DNA of 64,000 bases, taken from the NCBI GenBank assembly GCA_964016885.1, contig OZ024743.1:59458001-59522000 (forward strand), written 5' to 3'. Position numbers and translations under genes: made by a program. The notes below the pieces were generated by a model that saw nothing but the letters and a program-made list of their open reading frames with translations, was not told where the DNA came from and ran no database searches. This document shows positions 1 to 14,620 of this stretch, in pieces (position 1 is the first letter of the stretch; each line of letters begins with the position of its first letter). Source of the stretch: Eledone cirrhosa (taxonomy: Eukaryota).

Positions 1-769
1 ATACATACTTCGGGACCCAATCGAATTTGGAGGAGACAGCTGCTTTTGACAGGAGTTGACGGAAGGAGTGTTTGATAACTAACCCCAACACCCCCACCCA
101 CCCCCACCCCCCCCCACACACACAACGACCCTCCCTGGAATACGTTGATAAAGACGAAAATTAAGGAATTCTCGGGCGAAGAAGAAGAAGAAGAAGAAGA
201 AGAAGAAGAAGAAGAATGGATATTTTAATGATTTCCTTAACAATGTAGTGGAGAGTGTCCTATGTTGTTATGGCCAGTAACATGATGTAGCGTGAGTAAA
301 TGTGGTTTGTGTACGAGAAAAGATTAGTAATGTTCTTAATACATTCAGGGAAAGATGCCTTACATCTACGTTTGCCATCATGTGAACCTATAAGTTGCCG
401 ATCTTTTATTTAAGAGAATCCAAAGCATAATAGTATTTTAGTGCAAGCCTTGGGCTCTAAATCCCCTGCTGCTGTCAATCTATACATCGTACAATATTAT
501 CTATATATGACAAAATGTATATATCGTTACATCGTTCGAAGAACAACGCGATCTGATTTACACACATTTGGCAATACTCTATGTCCTTATTTTTGCTTTT
601 TATTCCCCTTTCTCACTTTTACTCTGTACACTTCTATTTTTTATCACTGTGTATTCATATATATACTTATATATTTATCATGCATATGTATTTATATATG
701 TATATACGTATTCGTGTATGCACACACGCACAGACACACATACGTATATATATGTACATACATAATACA

Positions 770-846
<77 letters not shown>

Positions 847-886
847 ATCTATATATCTATATCTATATATACATAATATATATATG

Positions 887-918
<32 letters not shown>

Positions 919-952
919 TAATACATATATGTATATATATATATATAAAACA

Positions 953-1035
<83 letters not shown>

Positions 1036-1043
1036 TTATTCAG

Positions 1044-1077
<34 letters not shown>

Positions 1078-2483
1078 GTTGTGTATAAGAGAGTGTGTTT
1101 GATAGTACGCAACATATGTTTATGAAACTACAAGCAACCCACTCGTCAACATAGCGATCTTCTAGCTCACGTATCTACCCTATTTCTCAAAATACTTCTT
1201 TGATATCTTTGCATTCTAGCCTTTCTAAATTTATCTGTACACTTACCTTTATATATATATGTCTATTACCTATCCTACCTATACTTTTATACTTTTATAT
1301 ACACACATACACACACATACATGGCATCACGTCGGTTACGACGAGGATCATTAGAGTAATTCAAATATTAGAACACCCTCCTCATGAACTTGACGTGCAG
1401 CTGGTTGTATATTCCTGAGTTATGTGCAAATTTACACACGGATATTCAACGTTACACATTATGAATCATGGCTATTTATTTTTTTAATTACATGCAAATT
1501 TCTTCCGGACTGTTGCAATGTCGAATATATTGTCACACACAAAGATATAACGTACTGCTGGGAATCGAAATCAAGACATTAGGAACGTGTGTCTAACACC
1601 TTTTATACATACATATATTTATGTAGATATCCACTCATGCATATCTACTTACATATACACACATTCGTATATACATACATACAACCATACATAATACATA
1701 ATACATACATGCATACACGCATACATACGTACATCATACATACATGGATACACATGTACAACGTACATACTTACGTACACATATAACGCATACATACATA
1801 CGTACATACATACATATATACATACGTACATACATACATATATACATACATACATTCATACATGCATGCATACATACATACATACATACATACATACATA
1901 CATACATACATACATACAAACATACATACCAGACTGTTTACTTGACTAACTACATATACGTGTCTACCTATGTATATCTACCTATTGATTTAATCTTTCT
2001 GTTTATCTCTCTATTACTGTGGGGCGTTGTCAACTAATTTATTCGTAGTCTACAAAGTTACATATCAAATTCTTCAGAAATTATCTCAATGAATATAATT
2101 TTGATGAATTTCAGTAGTATCAGTAGACCTTAAAACAGAACACTATTATCAAAACTATACGAACTTATCAAAATCTATACGATAATCATATAAAACAGTA
2201 CAGCTTTACCATTCCGTCTGAGAGAGTCTAGCAGACTTTTATGGTTTGTTTGGCGTACAATTTTCAGTTTTTTTTAATTTCTGCTGGACAATAGGGTAAT
2301 TAAAGATTTGTGGGGTTCCTGAATCAACCGTAGGTGGTACTCCCACAATTTCAGAATTTTCATTATTATAATGGTTTGTTATTCGTTATATCCATTCAGT
2401 AGTTACTCTAAAATCCCACTGTCACTGTTCTTTGTATTGTCTCATATATACTGGGCCTTGAGTCCAATGAAGAAATAATAATG

Positions 2484-2695
2484 GTTTCTTATATAGGCAC
2501 AAGGCCCACAATTTTGGGGGAAGGGGAAAGTCGATTAAATCGGCCCCAGTGCGTGACTGGTACTTTATGTTATCGACCCCGTACTAATGAAAGACATACT
2601 TAACCTCGGCGGGATTTGAAGTCAGCCCATAAAGGGACGTAACTCTATGCTAGAAAGCATGACGTCCGACTCTCTACCGATACTGCCAATGCACC

Positions 2696-2736
<41 letters not shown>

Positions 2737-3490
2737 TGTTTCTACTTTGGGCACAAGGCCAGCAAATACCCAGTGCATTACTGGTACTTTATTTTATCGA
2801 CCCCGTAACGATGAAAGCCAAAGTCAACCTCGGCGGGATTTGAACTCAGATCGTAAAGGGACGTAACTATGCTGGGAAGCATGGCGTCCGACCCTCTACC
2901 GGCAGTGCCAATCCAAATAATAATTCGGTGGTTTGGCATACCGGTAGAGAGTCAGACACCATGCTTTACGTTCTGAGTTCAAATCATGTCGAGGTTAACT
3001 TTGCTTTTCATCCTTAAGGCCTCGATAAAATAAAGTACCCGTAATGCACTAAGATAATTGCTGGCCTTGTGCCAAAAGTAGTAACAATTATTATTAAGGG
3101 CGGTGGATTGGCAGTATCGGTAGATTGTCGTCGCGTGGGTGAATTTGGGGTATATAGTTACGTTTCTTTATCTTCTAAGTTCAAATTCCATCGAGGTTAG
3201 CTTTGCCTTCCATCCATACGTGGTCGACAAAATAAAGTGCGCGTCACGCTCTCTGTTTGATTTAATCGATTTTCCCTCCCCTTGAAATTGCTGGTCTAAA
3301 ATAGAAACAATTATTATTATTATTAAGGGCGGTGGATTGGAAGATAAGAGAGAGTGAGAATGAAAAATTGAAACGGGGCATTAGTGATGATTGATAAATG
3401 AAGACACAAACACATGCCACATACACACAGACACACAACCCCCGACCCCCCTATATATATATATGCATATATATATATATATATATTATT

Positions 3491-3565
<75 letters not shown>

Positions 3566-3750
3566 GGTGATTTGGCAGTATCGGTAGAAGGTCGGACGCC
3601 ATGCTTTCCAGCATAGTTACGTCCCTTTACGATCTGAGTTCAAATCCCGTCGAGGTTAACTTTGCCTTTCATCCTTACGGGGTCGATAAAATAAAGTACC
3701 AGTAATGCACTGGGTATTTGCTGGCCTTGTGCCAAACGTAGAAACAATTA
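2484..3750. mobile_element. Cluster of five tRNA-derived SINEs with Deu/Nin-like core (2484-2696 -, 2734-2915 -, 2926-3092 +, 3099-3315 +, 3563-3750 +)
   Basis: Shared ~190-bp consensus: A-box-like TGGCAGTATCGG, B-box GAGTTCAAATCC, core GCCTTTCATCCTTACGGGGTCGATAAAATAAAGTACCAG, (ATT)n tail. Confidence 0.88.
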
Positions 3751-3808
3751 TATATATATATATACATATCATATATATATATATATTTATATATTATATG
3801 TGTGTATA

Positions 3809-3847
<39 letters not shown>

Positions 3848-4007
3848 TATAAAAATATTGATACTATTTATAGTTAGGTATATACTATAAACAAGAAATG
3901 TCAGTAATTTATTACTACCTTATTCCCAGTAAAATAGCTCATTAGGTGTTTTACAGAGCAGTAATATGAATTACACGATTATCAAAGTTATGTTCAAATT
4001 ACTTTAT

Positions 4008-4053
4008 TGCTGACAATCGTTTCTTCCAATCTTTCGGTTGTATCATCGGAGCA
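4008..4053 (-). ncRNA. Minimal type-I hammerhead (U4C core variant) in the probable inverted pLTR upstream of the PLE ORF
   Basis: Minus strand: UGCU-CCGAUGA-ua-CAACC gaaa GAUUG-gaa-GAAAC GAUU GUC-AGCA, followed by AATAAA. It is inverted relative to the adjacent PLE ORF. Confidence 0.7.
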
Positions 4054-4539
4054 TTAGCAATGTTTGTACATATAATTAACCTTCTTTTCAACTGTATAAT
4101 CATATAAATACATATATATATTGATGTTGTGAACAACAGTTTCGTATTTACAGGCTGGAATGGATGCGACATATATTATACAAGAATTGTACAATAATTC
4201 AAATTAAAATTAAAAGCACATAGTGGAATACATGAAACAGCTAATACAAGGGAATAGTTTAATAAATAAAGAGGAAGAATGAAGACGCTAGCAGTACATA
4301 TGCAAGCGTGTAGAGAGTGAACATGTGTTAGTCGTATATATGAAAGAAACAAGCAAAGGTATTAGGCATAAATAAATACTGTATGGCAAAGGTATCACAT
4401 AAAATAACACAGGTATACAAGCATACCAAGCAAAGGTGATACTGTATTAAAATTATGGCGGATGAAATGTGATGATTGTTTCTGTAGTTTTGAAATGTGT
4501 ATGTGCTGAGATTATCAAAGTTATTATTATCTTTTCCAT

Positions 4540-5602
4540 TACATATGGAAGAGATACCTTGACGACTGTTTCATCATCTGGACATAATCTCTAGATACTC
4601 TGGATGAGTTCAATATCCTCCTGAATAACCTACACCCATCTCTTCAATTTAGAAAAGAGATGAGTAGTACCAAATTAACATTCCTAGATATAATGGGAAT
4701 CAAAAACGACACCACCATTACCACGGATATATACTATAAACACACAGATACCCATCAATATCTGAATTTTAAGTCGTGCCATCCACCTCATACAAAACGC
4801 AACATCCCATGCTGCCTAGCCAGAAGAATTTGTACCATTGTAGAAGATACAAATACCAGAAAGAAACGCCTAATAGAACTGAGTGAATTTTTGCTCAAAC
4901 AAAAATACCCATCTCTACTTATAGAAAATTGCATACAGTGGGCTATAAAAATACCTATACAACAACTTAGGATAACCCAAGGAAAAAGAAACCAAGAACT
5001 GGTCATACCATTTATAATGACACACAACCTATGTCACCAGAATATCTTCAACACTGCCAAAGCAAACGTACCGATCATTGCTCAAAGTAATGAATTGAAA
5101 GGTTTAATCACAGACCGAGCTTTGACTCTTAGTAAAAGACACCAAAAATTTGAAGCAATTACTAACCAAGGCAAAATTTAACCTTAACAACAAACACCAA
5201 TCATTCACTGTATCTAAATGCAATGATAGTCGATGTGGCACATGTCAGTTCATACATACTGGTCAAATTATGAACACAAACACTGGAAAACATATTCCCA
5301 AATGCAAATCTGAACTGCAAAAAACAGAAATCTAATTTACTGCATTAAATGCCTGAATTGTGAAGAACTATATGTCGGTCAAACTGGAAATGCACTATCG
5401 GAACGTGCACGGGTGTACCGACAGCAAATCAGAGACCCACATGTCCGTCAGATACCCCCTGAGTAACCATCTAGTAACATGTTGTCAGAAAATATTTATA
5501 ATATTTCCATTCTACAAACTACACAGCCCAAGTGAAATCAAGAGAAAAATTAAAGAAAATAATTTTATTGATAAATTCCAACCCAAGCTAAATGAACAAT
5601 AA
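4540..5602 (+). mobile_element. Penelope-like retroelement (PLE), 5'-truncated, disrupted RT C-terminus + Cys-rich linker + GIY-YIG endonuclease
   Basis: Frame from 4540 reads YIWKRYLDDCFIIWT*...LNNLHPSLQF (YLDD at 4555-4566), continuing into ORF 4660-5181 (LTFLDI, TDIYYKHTDTHQYLNFKSCHP, typical PLE RT thumb). Frameshifted segments give KCNDSRCGTC, NLIYCIKCLNCEELYVGQTG (GIY-YIG) and KRKIKENNFIDKFQPKLN. One stop codon and about 3-4 frameshifts. Confidence 0.93.
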
Positions 5603-5692
5603 TAATGCTTAGGGGTTATTACTTCTACTATGACTACGCCTACGAGCATGTTCTCTACCACCACTAACAACAACAACAACAACAATAATAAT

Positions 5693-5866
5693 AATTGTTT
5701 CTACTTTAGGCACAAGGCCAACAATTACCCAGTGCATTACTGGTACTTTATTTTATCGACCCCATAAGGATGAAAGGCAAAGTCAACCTCGGCGGGATAT
5801 GAACTCAGACCGTAAAGTGACGTAACTATGCTGGAAAGCATGGCGTCCGACCCTCTACCGATACTG
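5693..5866 (-). mobile_element. tRNA/Nin-domain SINE copy
   Basis: Reverse complement of the 3563-3750 consensus, inserted just 3' of the PLE ORF. Confidence 0.88.
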
Positions 5867-6325
5867 ATGTTGATAGTGATGATTACTGAAGATCTTTTAT
5901 ATTTATAGAAACACTAGAAATGCTATTTTCATCATTTCTAAAAATAGCAAAACAACTGATGCTTTGGGTAGGGTCAAATAGAAGTCGTTAGACATGCTCA
6001 ACCAACCGTGAGGCCTAACCCAATCAGCTTTAGTAATCTCGTGAAACCACACACCGATTGGTCGAAATACAGTTTGCAAAACTTAGCATTGTGTAGCCCA
6101 TTTTTACTGTATATAAGGCACAGAATTTAGCCATCTCCTTACAGTCGAACATTGCAAAATTAACTGTCACCATTGAATATGTACCTGAAGATTGCGAAAG
6201 CATGAACATACTTGTTCAATTAACATTGAATATTCTACCATACTATTTCATTATAATATTTTTATAATTTTAAAGGATTGTAAATGAAACGAGTTAGTCA
6301 GACAAAGTAGGAAATCCTTTTATTA

Positions 6326-6399
<74 letters not shown>

Positions 6400-6425
6400 G
6401 TACACTCACACACACACACACACAT

Positions 6426-6538
<113 letters not shown>

Positions 6539-6580
6539 GATAAATATACACGGGTGTGTATGATTGTGTATAGAAGATTA

Positions 6581-6985
6581 TATTAATAAGAGGAATTTCA
6601 ACTTGGCCTGATTTACTCGCTTTATTTAGAATCCTGTAACATTTATAATGGTATTATAATGAAATAGTATGATAGAATATTAAATGTTAAGTGTTAATTG
6701 AACAAGCACTTTCATGCTTTCGCAATCTTCAGGTCCATAATGTGTGGTAACAGTCAAGTTTGCAATTTTCAACAGTCAAGTTTGCCATTTTCGACAGTTG
6801 TAAAATTGCAAACTTGATTGTCAACACACATTATGAACCTGAAGTTTGTGAAAGCATGAAGTACTTGTTCAATTAAGACTTAACATTTAATATTCTACCA
6901 TACTATTACATTATAATACAATTATACATTTTAGAGGATTGTAAATAAAACGAGTAAATCAGACAAAGTTGGAATTCCTCTTGTT

Positions 6986-6988
<3 letters not shown>
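6581..6988. repeat. Fold-back element, family B (arms ~6581-6770 / ~6800-6988); further + copy ~6150-6325
   Basis: Diverged inverted arms of ~190 bp, each carrying a hammerhead motif; flanked by microsatellites. Confidence 0.8.
6699..6737 (-). ncRNA. Minimal hammerhead ribozyme, family B (decayed copies at ~6180-6217 + and ~6834-6871 +)
   Basis: UGGAC-CUGAAGA-U UGC GAAA GCA U-GAAA GUGC UU-GUUCA. The sister copy has a palindromic GUAC loop. Confidence 0.75.
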
Positions 6989-7017
<29 letters not shown>

Positions 7018-7327
7018 TACGAAAGGCGGGTGGAAGGAAAAGTGTGAATAGAGGAGAGAAAGTGAAACTGAAAAAAGAGAAAGGAGGCGAGGAAGAGAGG
7101 GGGAAACAGAGATTAAAATGGAAGAAACACGTCTCCTTTGACTATATGAAAAAGATGGAAATAACTGAGTGGGTGTGTTTGGAAGTAGTTGGCTACAAAG
7201 TCAAAGAGATAGAAATCCCTCCATACCCAACCACACAACAACACACCCACACAATATAAAAATGTATATCAATATGTGTGTTTGCATGAATGTGTCTGCG
7301 CCAGTGTAAATATAGAGGCACACACAG

Positions 7328-7377
<50 letters not shown>

Positions 7378-7413
7378 CATACACACACACACATATATAT
7401 ATATATATTTACA

Positions 7414-7444
<31 letters not shown>

Positions 7445-8122
7445 TTACACATATATATATATGTGTGTATATATATAAATATATATATATACATATATAT
7501 ATAAATGCATATATACATACACACATACAGACACACACACACACACACACACACATACATACATATATATATATTTATATACATACATATATAGCCGTTT
7601 CGACGGCTATTTCTGGATTCAAATAGCTGTCAAAACGTCTTGAGCTCTGCCGTTGGGGACACACTATATCAAAGTACCCACTCTACTACCCTCAGCTTTG
7701 AATACTCCGGTGCGTTATGGTCCATCTGGTTCCTTACCACACCTCCTTCGTTATATATATATATACACACACACACATGTATATATGTGTGTGTGTGTAT
7801 ATATATATACACACACACACACAACACATATATACACACATACACACACACATATATACATACATTATCATAATTTGTGTCAAGTTTCTACATTTATATT
7901 TATATATAGAGAGAGAGGTAGATAGATAGACTAAATGATATATAGATACACTATCCAACACACGCACATTACTTATCCATATATATATGTGTGTGTTTGT
8001 GTGTGTGTGAGTGTATATATATATATATATATGTAGTATGCAGTTTGGAGCACTCGACGAGTGCGCAGGTTGGTTTGGTTACTTATATATACATACATAT
8101 ATATATATGTATGTATATATAA

Positions 8123-8214
<92 letters not shown>

Positions 8215-8493
8215 TTGTATATATGTATATATACATATATATTTATATATATATATATGTATGTATGTATAAAAATAAATAAATATATAAATATATATAT
8301 ATATTATATATGTATATGTGTATATTTATATATAATTATATATATATATATATATATTAACCATCGTCTCAGTGTGTTTGGCATTTTAACGTATGTTGTA
8401 GCTCTGGTTGGTTACAATTATTGAGCGCTTGCCACACATCACGGAAATTGATTTTCGCTAATTTCCAAAGCCGAAATACGATTCTCGCTAATT

Positions 8494-8526
<33 letters not shown>

Positions 8527-8572
8527 TGATTTAAAACTTCACTGCTCACAAGTGTTTTTTAAGCTTCATATC

Positions 8573-8641
8573 ATTTTATCTGATGAGATAGCAAATATCA
8601 CCCCATGATGATACTTGTTTTTGAAATGCGTATAATAAAAT
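8573..8641 (+). ncRNA. Hammerhead motif, family C
   Basis: AUUUUAU-CUGAUGA-long stem II (gauagcaa/uuguuuuu, uauca/ugaua)-GAAA UGCG UA-UAAUAAAAU. Confidence 0.6.
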
Positions 8642-8675
8642 ACTTGGAACTCTTTTAACCATCTTTTGATCTTAT

Positions 8676-8711
<36 letters not shown>

Positions 8712-8712
<1 letters not shown>

Positions 8713-8902
8713 CGAGGGAAAAGTGGTAAGGAACCAGGTGGACCATAACGCACCAAAGTACTCAATACTTAGGGTAGTAGAGTGTGTAATAGGAGTAAGT
8801 AAGACCCCGACGGCTGAGCTCAAGCCGTTTCGACGGCTAATTCTTTACTGAATTAGCCGTCGAAACGGCTTGAGCTCAGCCGTCGGGGTCTTACTTACTC
8901 CT
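8712..8902. repeat. Fold-back element, family E (other copies ~7590-7762, ~15383-15432, ~56973-57260)
   Basis: Palindrome GACCCCGACGGCTGAGCTCAAGCCGTTTCGACGGCTA-loop-TAGCCGTCGAAACGGCTTGAGCTCAGCCGTCGGGGTC with conserved flank ACTCTACTACCCTAAGTATTGAGTAC; embedded in (AT)n. Confidence 0.85.
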
Positions 8903-9932
8903 ATATATATATGTGTGTGTGTGTGTGTTTGTCAGTTGCACTTTGCTAGGAAGGTTCAATAATTATTTAGATCACATTAACAATGCTTTCAATTAAAGTT
9001 GTTGCAGTAAGTTGAAATGTGGGTTGATGAAAACAAAATACAGAATAAAATAAAGCGTGGAGATACAGAAGTATGAACAGATAGAAAGAAGGAATGACGG
9101 AATCATCATAGCGAAGGAGGATGGAAGAAAATGGAAAACCAATTTAGGGAGGAGAGGAAAACACAAATACAAAAAAAACAACAAAAACTTACGGAAAGCA
9201 ATATAGAGATAGTGGGAGGGGGAAGATGCAAAACAGCGCAAGATTGTATGCAGTAGATTTGACTATGAAAAGATGTGCGTCTGTGTGCGTGTGTGTGGTT
9301 TATGTGTGCTAGTGATAATATATGTGTAGATCTGAGTGGGCATGTATATGCGAGTCCGATAAACTGTTGGATCTAGCTAGCTCCGCGCAAACAGTTTTAT
9401 CTTCATGTAGTAAATACATCTAAGGGAACTCTGGTGGTGATCATTCCTTTCCAAGAGGGATTTGATCTCCGAAGAAAAATCAAAGATAACTGTATAAATA
9501 TATAAATATGTAACAATCTATTCACTTTCTTAAGAGGAGAAAAACTATATTTAAGTATGTTGCCTGTTTGCAATTATATCCTGGAAGAACAGCCTGGTGG
9601 ATATAATTTCGTTACAAAAAGGATTTTATTCTCAAAATAATTAACGAAGCAAAAAATTATAAATTCATAACGTTTACATTTTCTTAAGAACCGTGTTGTA
9701 ATCAATTATGGCACCTGTTTAATTAGTAAAAAAAAAAGCCCAAAAAAAACAACTTGTGTGTGTCCATATATTTATATATAAATATATATATAAGTAATAT
9801 ATAAGCAATATATAAATATACATATAAGTTTTCAATATAATACACTCTGTATAGCTCTACACCTCGACACAGAAGTGAACCTCAACATCGAGTGCTCACC
9901 CGGGTGAACCTCCAGTAACTCCAAGTTACACT

Positions 9933-10041
<109 letters not shown>

Positions 10042-10555
10042 TTATATACATATATATATATATATACAGAATATTTTCACTTTATCAAAGGAAGAGCTCT
10101 ACTTAACCATGTTACCTTTTAACGACAAATTCGTGTGAAGTAGTTATACTTTTAGCGTACCGGCCGTGTAGGCCACCTGCACCGTCAACGTCGACCAAAC
10201 CTCAATATCGCGTTTGGTAGCACAAGACGATAACAATTCAATCAATACTTATCACACGTATGCGTATATATTCTATGTTAGGGGAGATTTATATCCTTAA
10301 AAAATATATATTTATAGAAATAATATAACATATAAATAAATATATAATTAACTAATTAAAATATATTAATTGAAACTAATAAGACAGTTTTGACGTGAAA
10401 GACTTTGACAGCCACTTCTGCGAATATCATTTACAAGGTAAGTGTTTACAGACACACACATACACTAACAAAGCACACAAGCATTCACACACTTGTATAT
10501 ATATGTATATGTAAATATACATATATGTATGACTATACATACACACACACACACC

Positions 10556-10666
<111 letters not shown>

Positions 10667-11135
10667 GTATGTATGTATGTACATTCATCAATTGCTTTCA
10701 ACTTTCTATTTGTTTTACATTTTCGAAACCTAATAGTGATTAGTATTGTTGAAAGAAATCATATATATCAATATTGATTTACTATATGCATAGACACTCA
10801 CATACAGGTAAACGCACACACACACACACACAAACAGAAAAACCAGCACACACTCCAACATGTGTATTCTTAACTTCTGTATTCTGTAATCTTACTTTGC
10901 CTTGTTTTTGCCAACTTATTCACACGCAAAAAAACACACTCTTGTGTGTTTGTATACGTGACGTGTATGGTTATATATATATATATATACACACACAAAC
11001 ACACACATATATATATAGATATATATATATATAGATATATATAAATATCTATATCTATATATACATCTATACCTATCTATCTATCTCTCTCTATCTATAT
11101 ATCTATATATCTATCTATCTATCTATATATCTACC

Positions 11136-11173
<38 letters not shown>

Positions 11174-11207
11174 AATGTACATATATATAAATGTATATAC
11201 ATATAAT

Positions 11208-11264
<57 letters not shown>

Positions 11265-12067
11265 TATGTATATATATATATATATATAAATGTAATCAAA
11301 TATATGTAGACGTTTTTTACAAAATACCTTGTGTTTTTGCATGTTTTTATGTGCCTATGTAGGCATATAAAAGAAACATACATAAAGTTAAATAAATACA
11401 GTTAATATAGCAATACGTTTCTAATAAAAGGTTTACGATCACGTTCTTCTACACAATCATTTTTTCTGTCGTTTTTATTACTATTAAACACACTGGTTTT
11501 TGAAATATAGAACGATATACTTAGACAGATGTGTTAAAGTCCCCTTGTGTAGCCTAGGATAGGAATCTATTTCATTGGACCTCCATCAGGTTCGACGAAG
11601 TATGTCCTGCATTATCGATAAACGTAACAGCTTCCTCTTGAAATTAATGTGAAAGTGGCAGACCATTAAACAAGTACCTGTACCCTTAGTTTTTTATTCT
11701 TAGGAATATTCGCCGAGACATAGTTTGTGACAAGGTAGGCTCTTCAATAACAGGAACAATCCACTCAGTGGGCTTTTTTTTCCTGTCATGTGTCGTAGCA
11801 TATTAGCTAACCGCAATATTGAAGTTTGTTTCGCCTACATGTGACAAGCGCTATCGTTATTAGGCGGCAAAGATCAAAAGTTAAGCACATGTATAACGAA
11901 GTATGATGTATGTATAAAGTGAAATGCAACTGATATTTTATTATGAGATCTATTTGAATACTTTCGAGTGTATTTTCTGTTAAAAAAGACGTTCTAAAAC
12001 GTATTCACACACACGCATACACCCACTCACACGTACACACATACACAAATAGTCACAAGCAAACTGT

Positions 12068-12161
<94 letters not shown>

Positions 12162-13579
12162 CCGGTTGCCACAACCGATCTAGCGTCGGACAGATGTTGT
12201 TTTGCGGTATTTGTACTAGCTCTCTGCACTCTGATTTCACATCCCACCGGTTTACGTTGCGCCTCATTCTGCCAGTGTCGATAAAGAAATCAAGCAGCAG
12301 CCAAGTGCATGTACCCCACCACCTATCGCCCTCCTTCACTTCCTCCCGTCTCTTTAGGCGTTACATGAAGATTTTGTGAGAAGAGTGGTATATGAGAGTG
12401 TCTGGAGCATGTCTGCGTCTGCTCGCATCTACTTGGTTACATAAAATTATCAGTGTCAGTGTGGTACATTTTAATGAGTCAAATTCCATTGCTAACGTTG
12501 GCCGTAGTTTATATGTATATCCTCATTTATTGTGCAATTCCGTCGACGAATTAATGTGGTGATAACTGAGGCAATTACCAAGCATTGCCGTGGAATTAAC
12601 GTACAGAAACCCATGAATGGTTTCCAGTGGCTGTTCTGTTTTAGATTCTCTTTTTGTTTTTTTAAGACACTTCATATAAGCAATATAGAGCCAAGTTTGC
12701 TACAACTTCGCGGGTTCTCATACATCGTGAAAACACGCGTAGGAATGAAACAAAACAATATGTACAACGCTCTGATAATCCGAGAATTACCTTCCACTGG
12801 ACAGGACTAGTGCCTTTTGCAACACGCCTGGATATATGAAAGATAAATTTGACCACAGTGGGTTCAGAGCTGAATAATTAAAGTATGTGTATTGTCTATT
12901 TCAAAATTTCTACGTTTACACACACACACGTACTGACATAGACACAGACATAGGCACAAACACGCATATATACACGCGCACACGCATGTCTGACTGCATT
13001 TATATGCGGGTACATTATATATTCATATGTAATATATATATATATATATATGGATACATATGCATATGTATATATGTACACACACACACACACACACACT
13101 CACACAAAATATATATGTATATATATATATATATATATATTTGTGTGTGTATATATATTTGTGTGTGTATGTGTGTGTCGCAAAGTGTTCAGATATTTTA
13201 AGTCTGAACTGTACATATGTATGGCATTTACAAATATTGAGGTAAAATGTCTTTATGCGAGTGTGTATGTTTGTGCATACCAGTTTCTATGCATTTGCTG
13301 ACATATGTGTATTTGCCAGTGTACGTTACTGTGTATGTATGTGTAAGTGTGCGTGTGTGTGTGTCCTTGAATGTACCTGCCAGCCCATTTGTTTGTGTCT
13401 CCGAATGTGTGCCGGCACAATCGTGCCTTTATATATGCGTCAGCGTTTAGTTTGTAAATGTAGTTGTTCTTCACACATAGTAATTGGACTGCTTTTGCAT
13501 ATACATATGTGTTCATGTATTCATGCATACGTGAACTCTGCTCATACAGAGATGCTTGGCGCATGATTGCTTTCATATG

Positions 13580-13612
<33 letters not shown>

Positions 13613-13619
<7 letters not shown>

Positions 13620-13968
13620 TAACAAATGGAAACTATATTTATAAAACCATATTTATTTCATTATACCTATTTCAAGGAGACCAAAGCAAATTATGGTGCG
13701 CTTTCATCAGATAAAATATAAAATAGTTCAGTTTTATAAACAATATTGACATACCCTTAAAGAATGCGACCATGTCGGTTGGAAGCTCCGAGAGCTTAAA
13801 ACCGACATGGTAGCATTCTTTAAGGGTATGTCAATATTTGTTTATAAAACTGAACTATATTATATTTTATCTGATGAAAGCGCACCATAATTTGCTTTGG
13901 TCTCCTTGAAATAGGTATAATGAAATAAATATGGTTTTATAAATATAGTTTCCATTTGTTAATATATT
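13613..13968. repeat. Near-perfect fold-back, family C (arms 13613-13780 / 13800-13968)
   Basis: ~168-bp inverted arms with few mismatches; spacer contains the hairpin AAGCTC-cga-GAGCTT. A minus-strand copy of the same family lies at ~24137-24385. Confidence 0.92.
13863..13927 (+). ncRNA. Hammerhead motif, family C (mirror 13654-13718 -; others 24263-24327 -, 40704-40769 +, decayed ~49285-49348 -)
   Basis: UUUUAU-CUGAUGA-AAG..ACCA..UGGU..CUU-GAAA UAGG UA-UAAUGAAAUA. Stem II sequence changes between copies but pairing is retained. Confidence 0.65.
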
Positions 13969-14065
13969 GTATTTTTACTCCAAAAATGTGTTGAGTGCTT
14001 TATATCAGTTATAAAAATATTTGCTTGTTGTATCCCAACAAATTAAATATAACTTCTACATATAC

Positions 14066-14262
<197 letters not shown>

Positions 14263-14266
14263 CATG

Positions 14267-14339
<73 letters not shown>

Positions 14340-14380
14340 ATATATATATACATGTATATATATATATATGTATATATATC

Positions 14381-14479
<99 letters not shown>

Positions 14480-14570
14480 TATATTATATTCATATATGTT
14501 CGATTACACACTCACACACACACATATATATATACGTATATATGTATGTATATATATGTATGCATGTGTG

Positions 14571-14620
<50 letters not shown>

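Noticed and set aside
3563-3650. tRNA gene (A/B-box-like motifs)
   Set aside because: SINE head: no cloverleaf, and it is followed by the SINE core in many copies.
5880-5935. CTGAAGA...GAAAC downstream of the PLE ORF
   Set aside because: No convincing stems or NUH site.
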